A stretch of 64,000 nucleotides of DNA from Acidimicrobiia bacterium (GCA_031423635.1 JANPFX010000011.1:2430-66429); one strand, 5' to 3'. Shown: positions 9,886 through 19,517, counted from the first letter of the stretch. Program-made: numbers and translations. The notes: generated by a model not told the origin, from the letters alone.

Positions 9886-10326
9886 TCAGGGGAAGTACAG
9901 CTGGCGGATCTCGACGATGGTCTTCTTGGTCTCGTCCAGCCGGAACTCGAAGGGCTGGTCGGGGGAGAACGAGTACTGCCCGATGTCCTTGCCGGCCCGG
10001 GCCTCGCGGAACTTGGCGAGGCTCACCGTGAAGGTCTTCTCCGGGTCCTTGAGCAACACGATCCGGGTGGTCGGCGTGGTGTTGAAGCTGCGGATCTTCG
10101 GGTTCACGTTGCTGATCTCGAACCCGGCGTCGCAGTCGGTGCACGGCACGATGTCGACGTAGTCCAGAGCAAACGAGGTCTGGGTGTTGAACCGGGTGAT
10201 CGCGACGACGATCGCGGACTTCTTCACCACGGCCGCCGTGGCCGGGGCGGCCACCCCGCACAGGGTGGTCCCGCCAACGAGGGCCGCCAAGACCCGGACC
10301 ACGGTGTTCGATGGTTTCCGCCACAT
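9886..10326 (-). CDS. small secreted protein of unknown function
   Basis: The ATG at 10326 gives MWRKPSNTVVRVLAALVGGTTLCGVAAPATAAVV, a signal peptide, followed by a 110-aa domain with no recognisable motif. The longer track ORF runs into repeat copy A2. Confidence 0.6.
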   Translation of the reverse strand: MWRKPSNTVVRVLAALVGGTTLCGVAAPATAAVVKKSAIVVAITRFNTQTSFALDYVDIVPCTDCDAGFEISNVNPKIRSFNTTPTTRIVLLKDPEKTFTVSLAKFREARAGKDIGQYSFSPDQPFEFRLDETKKTIVEIRQLYFP

Positions 10327-10351
10327 GCACCAATTGTGCCATCGAGTGGAT

Positions 10352-10485
10352 GTCCGACTCGGCTCGCGAGCTGGGTCGGGCTCGGCTCGCGAGCTGGGTC
10401 GGGATCGGTGCACTGGGTCGGGATCTGTGCGCCTTTTCGCGTGTATCCCGACCCAACGATGTGAGCCGACCCAGAGGGTCAGGCC
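10352..10485. repeat. intergenic palindromic repeat, family A copy 2
   Basis: It holds a tandem CTCGGCTCGCGAGCTGGGTCGGG x2, then the stem GGGTCGGGAT (10415-10424) / ATCCCGACCC (10445-10454). Orientation is the same as copy 1, and it abuts the add stop codon. Confidence 0.85.
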
Positions 10486-11576
10486 GAGACGTCGAGCGCG
10501 GCGTACGCGGGGGTGATCACGTGGTCGACGAGGTGCCGGCGCTCCACCCACGACGAGAACGACGCCTCCATGGCGTTGACCGCCAGCCGGCCCGCTTCGA
10601 CGTTCGTCAGGTGATGCGACGACGCGACGGCAGCAAGCTCCGAACTCATCGTCACGTTCGACATCAGCCGGTTGTCGGTGTTGATGCCCACCCGGAACCC
10701 CATACGCAGAAAAGGGCCGATCGGGTGGTCCGCAACCGAGGCGACGGCACCGATCTGGGTGTTGCAGGTCGGTGCCATCTCCAGACAGATCTGGCGCTCG
10801 AGGACGGCCCGGGCGAGGCGGCCCATCTGCCCGGTCGCCAGATCGACATCGGCCTGCAGCCGGACCCCGTGACCGATGCGTTCCGCTCCGTGCGTGAGCG
10901 CGTCCGATAGCAACTCAAGGTCGGGGGGCTCGGAGGCGTGGATCGTGATGTGCATCTGGTTCGCCCGGGCAAACGCAAACGCATCGGCGTGCAGCGAAGG
11001 CGGCCAGCCGGTTTCGGCACCAGCGATGTCGAAGGCGACGATCCGGGCGTCGCGTTCACGCATCCGGCCGGCAAGTTGGGCGATCTCGAGTGATCGTTGC
11101 TCCGTTCGCATCGCACAGATGATGGTGTTCACGACGATCGATCGACCGGCGGCCGCAGCCTCGGCGACGCCCGATCGGATTCCCTCCTGCACCGCCTCTA
11201 CGATCGCTTCGAGCGGCAGGCCCTTGTGCACGTGGAGTTCGGGGGCGAAGCGCACCTCGGCATAGACGACACCGTCGGCGGCAAGGTCGATCGCCGCTTC
11301 ACGGGCGACCCGGACGAGATCATCGGCCCTCTGCATCACCGCGCCGGTGTGCTCGAACGTGGCGAGGTACTGCAGCAGGTCCTTCGTCTCGGCCCCGCGA
11401 ACGAACCACTGATGAAGCTCTGTCGGATCGATCGACGGTAGACGCGGCGTCCATCCGACCTCGTCGGCAAGCTCCAGGATCGTCGTCGGACGAAGCCCTC
11501 CGTCGAGATGGTCGTGGAGCAAGACCTTGGGAACCTCGACCGCGCGGGCAGGATCGAACAGCGAGCTCATGGACAT
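10479..11576 (-). CDS. add: adenosine deaminase
   Basis: PKVLLHDHLDGGLRP is the metal-binding N-terminal motif, and the rest has an adenosine/AMP deaminase-like layout. The start was set at MSMSSLF (11576) because the longer ORF overlaps the upstream gene. Confidence 0.85.
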   Translation of the reverse strand: MSMSSLFDPARAVEVPKVLLHDHLDGGLRPTTILELADEVGWTPRLPSIDPTELHQWFVRGAETKDLLQYLATFEHTGAVMQRADDLVRVAREAAIDLAADGVVYAEVRFAPELHVHKGLPLEAIVEAVQEGIRSGVAEAAAAGRSIVVNTIICAMRTEQRSLEIAQLAGRMRERDARIVAFDIAGAETGWPPSLHADAFAFARANQMHITIHASEPPDLELLSDALTHGAERIGHGVRLQADVDLATGQMGRLARAVLERQICLEMAPTCNTQIGAVASVADHPIGPFLRMGFRVGINTDNRLMSNVTMSSELAAVASSHHLTNVEAGRLAVNAMEASFSSWVERRHLVDHVITPAYAALDVSA

Positions 11577-11584
11577 ATGCACGC

Positions 11585-12877
11585 TTAGCTGAGCCGGGAC
11601 TCCGCCCACGGGAGCATCCGGCGCACGAGGTCGTCGAAGGCCTGGACGCCCAGTTCGAGGTCGGCGAAGTTCGTGTCCTCGATGTGGGTGTGGGAAAGCC
11701 CGTAGAGCGACGGCGTGAACATCATCACGGTCGGAATGCCGCACCGGGCCATCTCGGCCGAATCATGCATCGGACCCGACGGCATCAGGTGGCGGAGCCC
11801 GCTGCGAGACTCGACGGCGTCGGCGGCGAAATCGACCAGGTCGGGATGGAAGACGATCGGATCGATCGACCAGAGCATCTCGATCTCCGCCTCGACCTTC
11901 TCGCTCTCGGCGATCCGGTGAACAAGGTCGTCGAGGCCCTTCACCATGGCGTCGAGCACGGCACGGTCGATGTGGCGCATGTCGACGGAGAACTCCGTCC
12001 GCCCGTTCACCGCAGTGGGCACCCCGGGATGTACGCGCCAAACGCCAACGGTGGCGAACGCGTCCATCTCCACCGCCATCTCCCGAATCGCGAGGGCCAT
12101 GCGGCTCGCCGCCATGGTCGGATCGTGACGGAGGTAGATCGGCGTCGCCCCCGCATGACAGGCCTGGCCCTGCACCTTCACCAGACGACGCTCGACACCG
12201 AGGATGCCGTGCAACGCCGCGAGGCGGATCCCGGCCGCTTCGAGCAGCGGACCCTGTTCGATGTGCAGCTCGGCGCTCCCGACCAGCTGACTCCGCACGT
12301 CACCAGCGGTCAGGATCGTCTCGAGATCAACGCCGTGCGCACGGACAACATCGACCAGGCGCGCTCCCGTGTTGTCCTTCAGCTCGGCGACCTTGTCGAT
12401 CTCCAGCGTCCCCGACACCGCTCCCGAGCCGAAAAGACTGCGGCCGAAGCGGGCGCCTTCCTCGTCGGCCCAGTCGACGACGCTCACCCCGACGGGCAGA
12501 TTCACACCGTCGCGGTGCAACCCGCGGATCACTTCAGCACCGGCAACGACGCCGAGGGCGCCGTCGAGCCACCCACCGTTGGGGACCGAGTCCAGATGGC
12601 TCCCGAGAACGATCCGCTCGGGCCGCTCGCCCGGCAGGGTCACCCAGAGGTTGCCCGCGGCATCGACAGACTTCTCGACCGGGATCCCTTCGAAGGTCCC
12701 GGCAAACCACTCCCTGGCCTGCACCCAGGTATCGGTCCAGGCCAGGCGTCCGCTGGCCACGGTCGGCCCGGTGTTCGGTTCACCACCGACCGTCTGGGGG
12801 ATCCCGTCGACGTCGACCGAGGTCAGGCGGCGGAGTTCGAGTAGGTCGTCGACAACACGCTTCGGATCGGCAGGCAT
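11585..12877 (-). CDS. M20 family Zn-dependent amidohydrolase (allantoate amidohydrolase / N-carbamoyl-amino-acid hydrolase type)
   Basis: GSHLDSVPNGGWLDGALGVVAGAEVIR and the overall ~430-aa layout are typical of the AmaB/AllC family. Confidence 0.8.
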   Translation of the reverse strand: MPADPKRVVDDLLELRRLTSVDVDGIPQTVGGEPNTGPTVASGRLAWTDTWVQAREWFAGTFEGIPVEKSVDAAGNLWVTLPGERPERIVLGSHLDSVPNGGWLDGALGVVAGAEVIRGLHRDGVNLPVGVSVVDWADEEGARFGRSLFGSGAVSGTLEIDKVAELKDNTGARLVDVVRAHGVDLETILTAGDVRSQLVGSAELHIEQGPLLEAAGIRLAALHGILGVERRLVKVQGQACHAGATPIYLRHDPTMAASRMALAIREMAVEMDAFATVGVWRVHPGVPTAVNGRTEFSVDMRHIDRAVLDAMVKGLDDLVHRIAESEKVEAEIEMLWSIDPIVFHPDLVDFAADAVESRSGLRHLMPSGPMHDSAEMARCGIPTVMMFTPSLYGLSHTHIEDTNFADLELGVQAFDDLVRRMLPWAESRLS

Positions 12878-12959
12878 ATCCGATTCTGCCCCGTCCTCGA
12901 CAGTTCGTCGACGCCACGGCGGGGAAACACCGTTGGGCCACGTAGACCACGCGGTAGCC

Positions 12960-13188
12960 TGTACGCCACAACGACGTTGATGGGGCCATCACCCCGGAGT
13001 CGCCGGAAGAACGGCCCGCCCCGGCAGGCTCACTAGAACCGGACGCAAACACGGGCCCGCGTCAGTGCCCAAACGAAGCGGCCTCGCCCCAACGGGCGCG
13101 GGCAAGCGGGGTGGTACCGCGGTGTGTGCGCCGAACAGCGCATCCGTCGTCCCCGGTCGACACGCGACACGACCGAACGAGGACGACC
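12960..13188 (+). promoter_or_regulatory. T-box leader (Ile specifier) controlling ileS, probably at the translational level
   Basis: The conserved T-box sequence GGGGTGGTACCGCGG lies at 13107-13122, and its UGGU bulge fits a tRNA with discriminator A. A candidate specifier AUC-A sits in the hairpin GGGGCCAUCACCCC (12982-12995). GTCGTCC (~13147) can pair with GGACGAC (~13181), covering the GAGGA Shine-Dalgarno. The 5' boundary is approximate. Confidence 0.7.
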
Positions 13189-16100
13189 ATGAGCGACACC
13201 ACCAGACCAACGACGCCGTACCCGACGGTCGATCCGTCGCCGTCGTTCCCCAAGCTCGAAGAGCGGATCATCGCGCAGTGGCAGGACGAAAGGACCTTTG
13301 AGCGGTCGGTGGAGCAACGCGCCGCCGGCGTCGACGGCGCTAACGAGTACGTGTTCTACGACGGCCCGCCATTCGCCAACGGCCTCCCCCACTACGGTCA
13401 CCTCCTCACCAGCTACGTCAAGGACGTCATCCCCCGCTACCGGACGATGCGGGGCCGGCGGGTCGAGCGTCGTTTCGGGTGGGACACCCACGGCATGCCC
13501 GCCGAGGTGCATGCGGAGAACGAGCTCGGCGTCAGCGGTCACAACGAGATCAAAGCCTTCGGTATCGACCGGTTCAACGACGCGTGCCGCACGAGCGTGC
13601 TGCGCTACACCCACGAGTGGGAGGCGTACATCAACCGCGCCGCCCGCTGGGTCGACTTCGCCAACGACTACAAGACCCTCGACCTGCCCTACATGGAGTC
13701 GGTCATGTGGGCCTTCAAGACGCTCCACGACAAGGGGCTCATCTACGAGGGCTACAAGGTCATGCCCTACTGCTGGCGCTGCGAGACCCCGCTCAGCAAC
13801 ACCGAGCTGAAGATGGACGACGTCTACAAGAATCGCCAGGACCCGGCGGTCACCGTCACGTTCCCCCTCGTCGACGACGCCGGCCACGACACGGGCGAGG
13901 TGCTCCTCGCCTGGACCACCACGCCGTGGACGCTCCCGTCGAACCTTGCGTGCGCGGTTGGACCGGAGATCGAATACGCGAGGATGCTCGACGCCTCCGA
14001 CGGGAAGACCTACATCCTCGCGACAGCACGTGTCGAGGCGTATGCGAAGGAGCTGAGCAGTGCGACGTCCGTGGGCACGGTCACGGGTTCAGACCTCGTC
14101 GGTCGTCACTACCGTCCGCTCTACGACTTCTTCAGCACACATACCAACGCGTTCCAGGTAGCGGCGGCTGACTACGTGACCACCGAAGACGGCACCGGCA
14201 TCGTCCACATCGCCCCGGCCTTCGGTGAGGAGGACAAGGTGGTCACCGACGCGCTCGGCATCGAGGTCGTCAACCCAGTAGGCCCGAGCGGCCGCTTCAC
14301 CGCGGAGGTGCCGACGTACGAAGGCCAGCTCGTCCACGACGCCAACCCAGTCATCATCAAAGACCTGCGCAGCCACGGCCGTCTTGTCCGCCATGACTCG
14401 TACGACCACTCCGTCCCGCACTGCTGGCGCTGCAACGCTCCACTGATCTATCGCGCGCTGTCGAGCTGGTTCGTTGAGGTCACGAAATTCCGCGACCGCA
14501 TGGTCGAGCTCAACCAGCAGATCACGTGGGTGCCCGAGCACGTGCGCGACGGCGTGTTCGGCAATTGGCTCGCCAGCGCCCGCGACTGGGGCATCTCCCG
14601 CAACCGGTTCTGGGGCTCACCGATACCGGTGTGGAAGTCCGACGATCCGACCTACCCGCGCCTCGATGTGTACGGTTCGCTCGACGACATCGAGCGGGAC
14701 TTCGGTGTCCGCCCGAACGACCTGCACCGCCCCTTCATCGACGATCTCGTCCGCCCGAACCCCGACGACCCTACAGGTGCATCGATGATGCGCCGAGTCC
14801 CCGAGGTGCTCGACTGCTGGTTCGAATCCGGGTCGATGCCGTTCGCCCAGGTGCACTATCCGTTCGAGAACAAGGACTGGTTCGAGCACCACTATCCCGG
14901 CGACTTCATCGTCGAATACATCGGCCAGACGCGCGGGTGGTTCTACACCCTGCACGTCCTTGCGACAGCGCTGTTCGACCGACCGGCGTTCGACACCTGC
15001 GTGGCCCACGGCATCGTGCTCGGCAGCGACGGGGCGAAGATGTCGAAGAGCCTCAAGAACTACCCCGACGTGTACCACGTGTTTGATTCCTACGGCTCGG
15101 ACGCGATGCGCTGGTACCTCATGTCGTCCCCGGTGCTCCGCGGCGGCGACTTCGCCGTGACCGAGACCGGCATCCGAGACGCCGTCCGCCATGTCGTGCT
15201 TCCGATCTGGAACACCTATTCGTTCTTCACCATGTACGCAAACGCAAGTACACATACGGCATCGCGGCGCACGACATCGGGCGATCCGCTCGACCAGTAC
15301 GTCCTCGGCAAGCTCGGCGTTCTCGTTCGGCACGTCACCGCGCAGTACGAGGTGTACGACCTCTTCGGCGCGTGCGCGTCGATCCGCGCGTTCCTCGATG
15401 CACTCACCAATTGGTATGTGCGCAGATCACGTGAGCGCTTCTGGGACGGAGATCCGGAAGCCTTCGACGTCCTGTGGACGGTGCTCGTCACACTGTGCCA
15501 GGTTGCCGCCCCGCTCCTTCCGCTCACCACGGAAGCAGTGTGGGAGGGACTCGTCGGCAACGGCTCGATCCATCTCACCGATTGGCCCAGCGCCGACGAT
15601 CTCGTTGTCGACGAAGCCCTGGTATCCGCCATGGACCGGGTGCGTGACGTCTGCAGCGCGGCATCGGCCGTGCGGAAGTCGTCGGGCCGTCGCGTCCGTC
15701 AGCCGCTTGCATCGCTGACCGTTGCCGCCGACGACGCGCGGGTGCTGAGCCCCTTCGAGTCGATCATCGCCGACGAGCTGAACGTGAAGTCGGTCGTGCT
15801 CTCGGGCGACCTCGCAGCCGCCGGCCGTTTCGAGCTCCAGGTGGTCCCAGGGGCCCTCGGGCCGCGCATCGGCAAGGTCGTCCAGCAGGTCATCGGAGCC
15901 GTGAAGAAGGGCGAGTGGACCCAGGACCCGTCCACCGGGGTGGTGACCGCAGCCGGCGTCGAACTCCAAGAAGGGGAGTACTCCCTGAAGCTGGTGGCCG
16001 CCGACCCGGACCGTTCGGCCGCGCTCCCGCGCAACTCCGGGGTCGTCGTGCTCGACACCGACCTCACTCACGAGCTCATTGCCGAGGGACTCGCCCGTGA

Positions 16101-16344
16101 CGCTGTACGGGTCGTGCAGCAGGCCCGCAAGGACGGCGGGCTCCACATCAGCGATCGCATCGCGCTCACCCTGACCACGTCCGACCCTGTTCTTGCGGGC
16201 GCGCTCCGAACCCATGAATCGTTGATCGTCGGCGAGGTGCTGGCGACGTCGTTCGCCGTGGTCGTCGGACCCGTTGAAACCGAGAGCGCCACTGCTGTCG
16301 GCGACGACGACGGCCTCCTGGCCGTTCACATCGCAAAGGCGTAG
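13189..16344 (+). CDS. ileS: isoleucine--tRNA ligase (type 2)
   Basis: The HIGH motif PHYGHLL and KMSKS are present, with an editing-domain layout. The ATG at 13189 is preceded by GAGGA. Confidence 0.95.
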   Translation: MSDTTRPTTPYPTVDPSPSFPKLEERIIAQWQDERTFERSVEQRAAGVDGANEYVFYDGPPFANGLPHYGHLLTSYVKDVIPRYRTMRGRRVERRFGWDTHGMPAEVHAENELGVSGHNEIKAFGIDRFNDACRTSVLRYTHEWEAYINRAARWVDFANDYKTLDLPYMESVMWAFKTLHDKGLIYEGYKVMPYCWRCETPLSNTELKMDDVYKNRQDPAVTVTFPLVDDAGHDTGEVLLAWTTTPWTLPSNLACAVGPEIEYARMLDASDGKTYILATARVEAYAKELSSATSVGTVTGSDLVGRHYRPLYDFFSTHTNAFQVAAADYVTTEDGTGIVHIAPAFGEEDKVVTDALGIEVVNPVGPSGRFTAEVPTYEGQLVHDANPVIIKDLRSHGRLVRHDSYDHSVPHCWRCNAPLIYRALSSWFVEVTKFRDRMVELNQQITWVPEHVRDGVFGNWLASARDWGISRNRFWGSPIPVWKSDDPTYPRLDVYGSLDDIERDFGVRPNDLHRPFIDDLVRPNPDDPTGASMMRRVPEVLDCWFESGSMPFAQVHYPFENKDWFEHHYPGDFIVEYIGQTRGWFYTLHVLATALFDRPAFDTCVAHGIVLGSDGAKMSKSLKNYPDVYHVFDSYGSDAMRWYLMSSPVLRGGDFAVTETGIRDAVRHVVLPIWNTYSFFTMYANASTHTASRRTTSGDPLDQYVLGKLGVLVRHVTAQYEVYDLFGACASIRAFLDALTNWYVRRSRERFWDGDPEAFDVLWTVLVTLCQVAAPLLPLTTEAVWEGLVGNGSIHLTDWPSADDLVVDEALVSAMDRVRDVCSAASAVRKSSGRRVRQPLASLTVAADDARVLSPFESIIADELNVKSVVLSGDLAAAGRFELQVVPGALGPRIGKVVQQVIGAVKKGEWTQDPSTGVVTAAGVELQEGEYSLKLVAADPDRSAALPRNSGVVVLDTDLTHELIAEGLARDAVRVVQQARKDGGLHISDRIALTLTTSDPVLAGALRTHESLIVGEVLATSFAVVVGPVETESATAVGDDDGLLAVHIAKA

Positions 16345-16775
16345 TGGTCGCTTTGTCGGAGCCGTACTTCGAGCCGACTCAGGAGTCCGGGGCGGCGTTG
16401 TTCCGCCGCGGCATCGCCGGACCGATCGTGATGCTCAACCTCCTTCGTTTCCGAACTGTGGCGGACTACTCGGCGAACCCGGAACTCGCTCCGGCATCGC
16501 CGGTCTCCGGGGCCGAGGCGTACCGGCGGTACGTGGACTTCACCAAGCCGTTCCTCCACGACAGCGGCGGCGAGGTGCTCTTCGAGGGCGACGGTGGACA
16601 CTTCTTCATCGGTCCGCCCGACGAACGGTGGGACGCGGTGCTGCTCATCCGCCAGAGCTCACTCGACGCGTTCTTCGCGTTCGCAACGAACGCCGACTAC
16701 CTCGCCGGTATCGGCCATCGCACGGCAGCGATCGAAGACTCCCGCCTCCTCCCCCTGGTTCCGACCACACACTGA
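16344..16775 (+). CDS. DUF1330 domain protein
   Basis: The pattern IVMLNLLRFR...AYRRY...GGEVLFEG...WDAVLLIRQSSLDAFFAF...YLAGIGHRTAAIEDSRLL matches DUF1330. Its GTG overlaps the ileS stop (TAGTG). Confidence 0.7.
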   Translation: MVALSEPYFEPTQESGAALFRRGIAGPIVMLNLLRFRTVADYSANPELAPASPVSGAEAYRRYVDFTKPFLHDSGGEVLFEGDGGHFFIGPPDERWDAVLLIRQSSLDAFFAFATNADYLAGIGHRTAAIEDSRLLPLVPTTH

Positions 16776-16807
16776 CACCCCATCCGGTCGACCCGCTGCA
16801 GCCCACT

Positions 16808-16875
16808 GGGAGAGAGGTTGCCCCCATATATGGGGGCAAAACACCTCCCAACGCCGCTCGGAGGTGTTTCGCCGC
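16808..16875. repeat. double-hairpin repeat, family E copy 1 (likely bidirectional terminator)
   Basis: It has a perfect 18-bp palindrome GCCCCCATATATGGGGGC (16820-16837) and the hairpin AAACACCTCC (16839-16848) / GGAGGTGTTT (16860-16869). It lies between convergent genes. GAGAGGTTGCC (16811-16821) can also pair with GGCAACCTCTC at 16916-16926. Confidence 0.85.
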
Positions 16876-16937
16876 ATGGTCGACCCGACGAACCGAGGCG
16901 CCCGACGAACGGTGAGGCAACCTCTCGTGCAGTGCGA

Positions 16938-18098
16938 TCAGCCGGTGAAGGCGACTTCCCGGTCGCCGGTCCCTTCCGCTCCGAAGAACACGATCTCGAC
17001 ACGACGGTTGGCGGCGCGTCCCTCTGCGGTGGCGTTCGAGGCCACCGGGAAACGGTCGCCGTGGGCGATCGCGGAGACCCGATCACGGCCGACCCCTCCC
17101 GAGACCAGGGCGGAGACCACCGAGCCTGCCCGGGCCCGGCTGACGGCGAGATTGGTCAGGCGCGTCCCCCAGCCGTCGGCGTGTCCGACAACCTTGATCC
17201 GCACGTCGGGATTCGCGTCGAGATAGGCAACCAGTTCGTCGACCGCAGTATTCGAGTCTCCGGTCAACGCAGAACTCTCCGAGTCGAAGAAGATCTTCAT
17301 GGGCGGCGCCGCCTCCGGAGTCTCGCCCCCACCGGAGTCTGCCGGGGCGAACTCGAGCGTGGTCGGCGCCGCGTTTGGCGCCGATGCGACCGTCGTCGGC
17401 GGGGCAGCCGTCGTTGACTCGACCGGTGGCGCGATGGTCGTCTCGGCGGGCGCACCACCTCCTGGAGTGGCACCGGCCTCCGTGGCCTCACTCGCGACTA
17501 CGGCGTCGCCCCGGGCCACGACCGTGGTCACGGCCGCCGTCGTGTCCGCACGAGAATCCTGGGCGATACTGCCGGCCAAATCGGCTGCGACCGCAGAATC
17601 CACGGCCGCCATGCCCTCCTTCACGTTGCGAACACCTTCGATCCGGCGGACGAGATCGTGCGCGGCATCGGTGTCGGCGCCCGGCCGCAGGCCGGTGATG
17701 ATCGCGTCCCGTCCATGGACACGCACCGTGGCGCCGGGAAATTTCGACGAGAGCGCATCTTGCGCCTTGTCCGTCAGACGACCATCGGGATCCGCCCAGC
17801 TGTAGTTGATGGCGCTGAGCCCGGTGAGGGCGGCAGTACCACCGAGAAGCAGCGGCCACGCTTTGCGTCGTTCCCAGCCGACCTCACCCGCAGACCCGGG
17901 GCCCGACGAAACTGGAGACTCGACAGGACCGGCGGAGCGACCCTTCTGCCCGGTGCGGATCCGCCCAACACTCGACGCATCTCCCGAGCTACCAGCCGAT
18001 GCACTGCGCACCGCTGACGGTGGCTTTGCCGGCCCGGCGGAGCGACCCTTCTGCCCGGTCGGAACCTTCGTCGGCTTCTTGGAGTTGTTGGCCATCAT
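16938..18098 (-). CDS. OmpA/MotB-family peptidoglycan-binding protein with TM anchor, BON-like domain and Ala/Pro linker (ArfA-like architecture)
   Basis: The C-terminal OmpA-like domain reads FFDSESSALTGDSNTAVDELVAYLDANPDVRIKVVGHADG...SRARAGSVVSAL...ANRRVEIVFF. A central BON-like segment is VRVHGRDAIITGLRPGADTDAAHDLVRRIEGVRNV. The N-terminal tail contains a duplicated TGQKGRSAGP. Confidence 0.8.
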   Translation of the reverse strand: MMANNSKKPTKVPTGQKGRSAGPAKPPSAVRSASAGSSGDASSVGRIRTGQKGRSAGPVESPVSSGPGSAGEVGWERRKAWPLLLGGTAALTGLSAINYSWADPDGRLTDKAQDALSSKFPGATVRVHGRDAIITGLRPGADTDAAHDLVRRIEGVRNVKEGMAAVDSAVAADLAGSIAQDSRADTTAAVTTVVARGDAVVASEATEAGATPGGGAPAETTIAPPVESTTAAPPTTVASAPNAAPTTLEFAPADSGGGETPEAAPPMKIFFDSESSALTGDSNTAVDELVAYLDANPDVRIKVVGHADGWGTRLTNLAVSRARAGSVVSALVSGGVGRDRVSAIAHGDRFPVASNATAEGRAANRRVEIVFFGAEGTGDREVAFTG

Positions 18099-18101
18099 CG
18101 G

Positions 18102-19325
18102 TCACCGAGCGTCATCACGACCGGCCACCAACCGGTCGACGAGTGACTGGAAGCCGGTCTCGTCTCCGTCACGGAGCAACGCCGCCTGGGAGGCCCACGA
18201 GTCGGCGCTCGGGATGAACGAGACCCCGCCCTCGTTCACGATCGAACGAACATCGTCCACCGGCAGTGCCGCCAGACGTCGGAAGGTGCGGACCCCGCCC
18301 GAACGCAGGATCTCGTTGATCTTGGGACCGATGCCTTCGATGCGCAGCAGGTCGTCTCCTTGCACGTCTTCAGCTTCGAAGGCGTCGCCGCTCCCCGGAT
18401 CGACACCGTCGGCGAAACTCTGAACGGCACCCGACCCGAAGACGCGCAGCTTCGTTGCCTCGAGATTCGAGACCAGACCCTGGACCTCGACGTGCTTGGC
18501 GTCGAGGTCGGCCCGGAGACGCGCCATGTCCGCGGCACATCCATCGTGCTCTGCCGTCAGTCTGGTCAGGTCGTCTTCCGCGGATTCCGTCCGGCGGCGC
18601 AGCTCGGCGAGCGACTTCTCATGGTCGCTCCGCAACCCGGAGAGGGTTCGGTCACGGTCGCCATGCGCGTCCTGCCATGCCCGCTCGTGCTCGGCCCGGA
18701 GGGCGGCGACAGCTGCTTCATGCGTGGCGGCCTGGGCGGCGAGACGACCGTCGTAGTCGACCCGAAGCTGAGCGAGGGCGGCGTCGTGTTCCGAGCTGAG
18801 ATCGGCGAGGCGACCGTCGGTGTCGGTTCGCATCGTGGCCAGGGCGGCGTGATTGTCGGCATTGGCTGCCACGAGTTGCGCTCGGAGTTCCTCGATGAGC
18901 ACCCGCTGGCTCGCCACCTGTCCGCGCAGGTCCCGGGTCTCGCCGGAGGCCGCCGAGGACGCGAGGGCAGCAGCCTCGAGCTGCGACCGCAGGGAGCCGA
19001 CCGACTCGTCCCGATCGGCCAGGGCTGCCTTCGCCGCGGAGTGCTCGAAGGACAGCGCCGCAAACTCCTTGATCTTCGCGTCGCGGTCGGCGAGGACCTT
19101 TTCGTGCCCGACCTGCAGCGCCGCAAGCTCGGCCGCCCGGGCGGCGAGAACGCCATCGTTCACCCTGCGGTGGTCCGCCTCCTCGTCACCGGAGAAACGG
19201 GTGACCGAACCCGTCGGGGGCGAACCGGCGTCTTTCGACCTCTTCCACAGCAGCCGATGGAAGAGCGCACCGAGGCCAAACGATGCGACCGCGAGGAAGA
19301 ACGACTGGATCAGGAACCACTTCAT
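18102..19325 (-). CDS. membrane-anchored coiled-coil protein with C-terminal helix-hairpin-helix domain
   Basis: The start was set at MKWFLIQSFFLAVASFGLGALF (TM helix). About 250 aa follow of Ala/Arg/Glu/Leu-rich repeats (L..EH(D/E) periodicity). The C-terminus is DDLLRIEGIGPKINEILRSGGVRTFRRLAA...WASQAALL, an HhH motif. Its stop lies 3 nt from the OmpA-like start. Confidence 0.65.
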   Translation of the reverse strand: MKWFLIQSFFLAVASFGLGALFHRLLWKRSKDAGSPPTGSVTRFSGDEEADHRRVNDGVLAARAAELAALQVGHEKVLADRDAKIKEFAALSFEHSAAKAALADRDESVGSLRSQLEAAALASSAASGETRDLRGQVASQRVLIEELRAQLVAANADNHAALATMRTDTDGRLADLSSEHDAALAQLRVDYDGRLAAQAATHEAAVAALRAEHERAWQDAHGDRDRTLSGLRSDHEKSLAELRRRTESAEDDLTRLTAEHDGCAADMARLRADLDAKHVEVQGLVSNLEATKLRVFGSGAVQSFADGVDPGSGDAFEAEDVQGDDLLRIEGIGPKINEILRSGGVRTFRRLAALPVDDVRSIVNEGGVSFIPSADSWASQAALLRDGDETGFQSLVDRLVAGRDDAR

Positions 19326-19517
19326 ACGTGCTCCACGGTTGGATGGGAAGGAAAACGAGCTGCAACGGCGGTGGTGAAGCATCGCCCGGCTCAGCGTCAC
19401 CGTGGACGCGCGGTCGTTCCGGTCACTCCGCGAGTTCCGCCTCGAGGAGTGAAACGCGCACTGTAGCGGTGACGTACGGCGTTCGCATACAGGCTGGTCA
19501 CCCTTCGGACGGCGAAT

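Noticed and set aside
8222-10162. A 646-aa ORF on the + strand.
   Set aside because: It lies antisense to mtr and pyk and runs through the family A repeat. Its composition is Arg/Gly/Asp/His-rich with no motif. This is the typical GC-driven shadow ORF opposite a well-supported gene.
14819-14829. GGTTCGAATCC, a tRNA T-arm-like sequence.
   Set aside because: It lies inside ileS (encoding CWFESG). No acceptor, D or anticodon arms can be folded around it.
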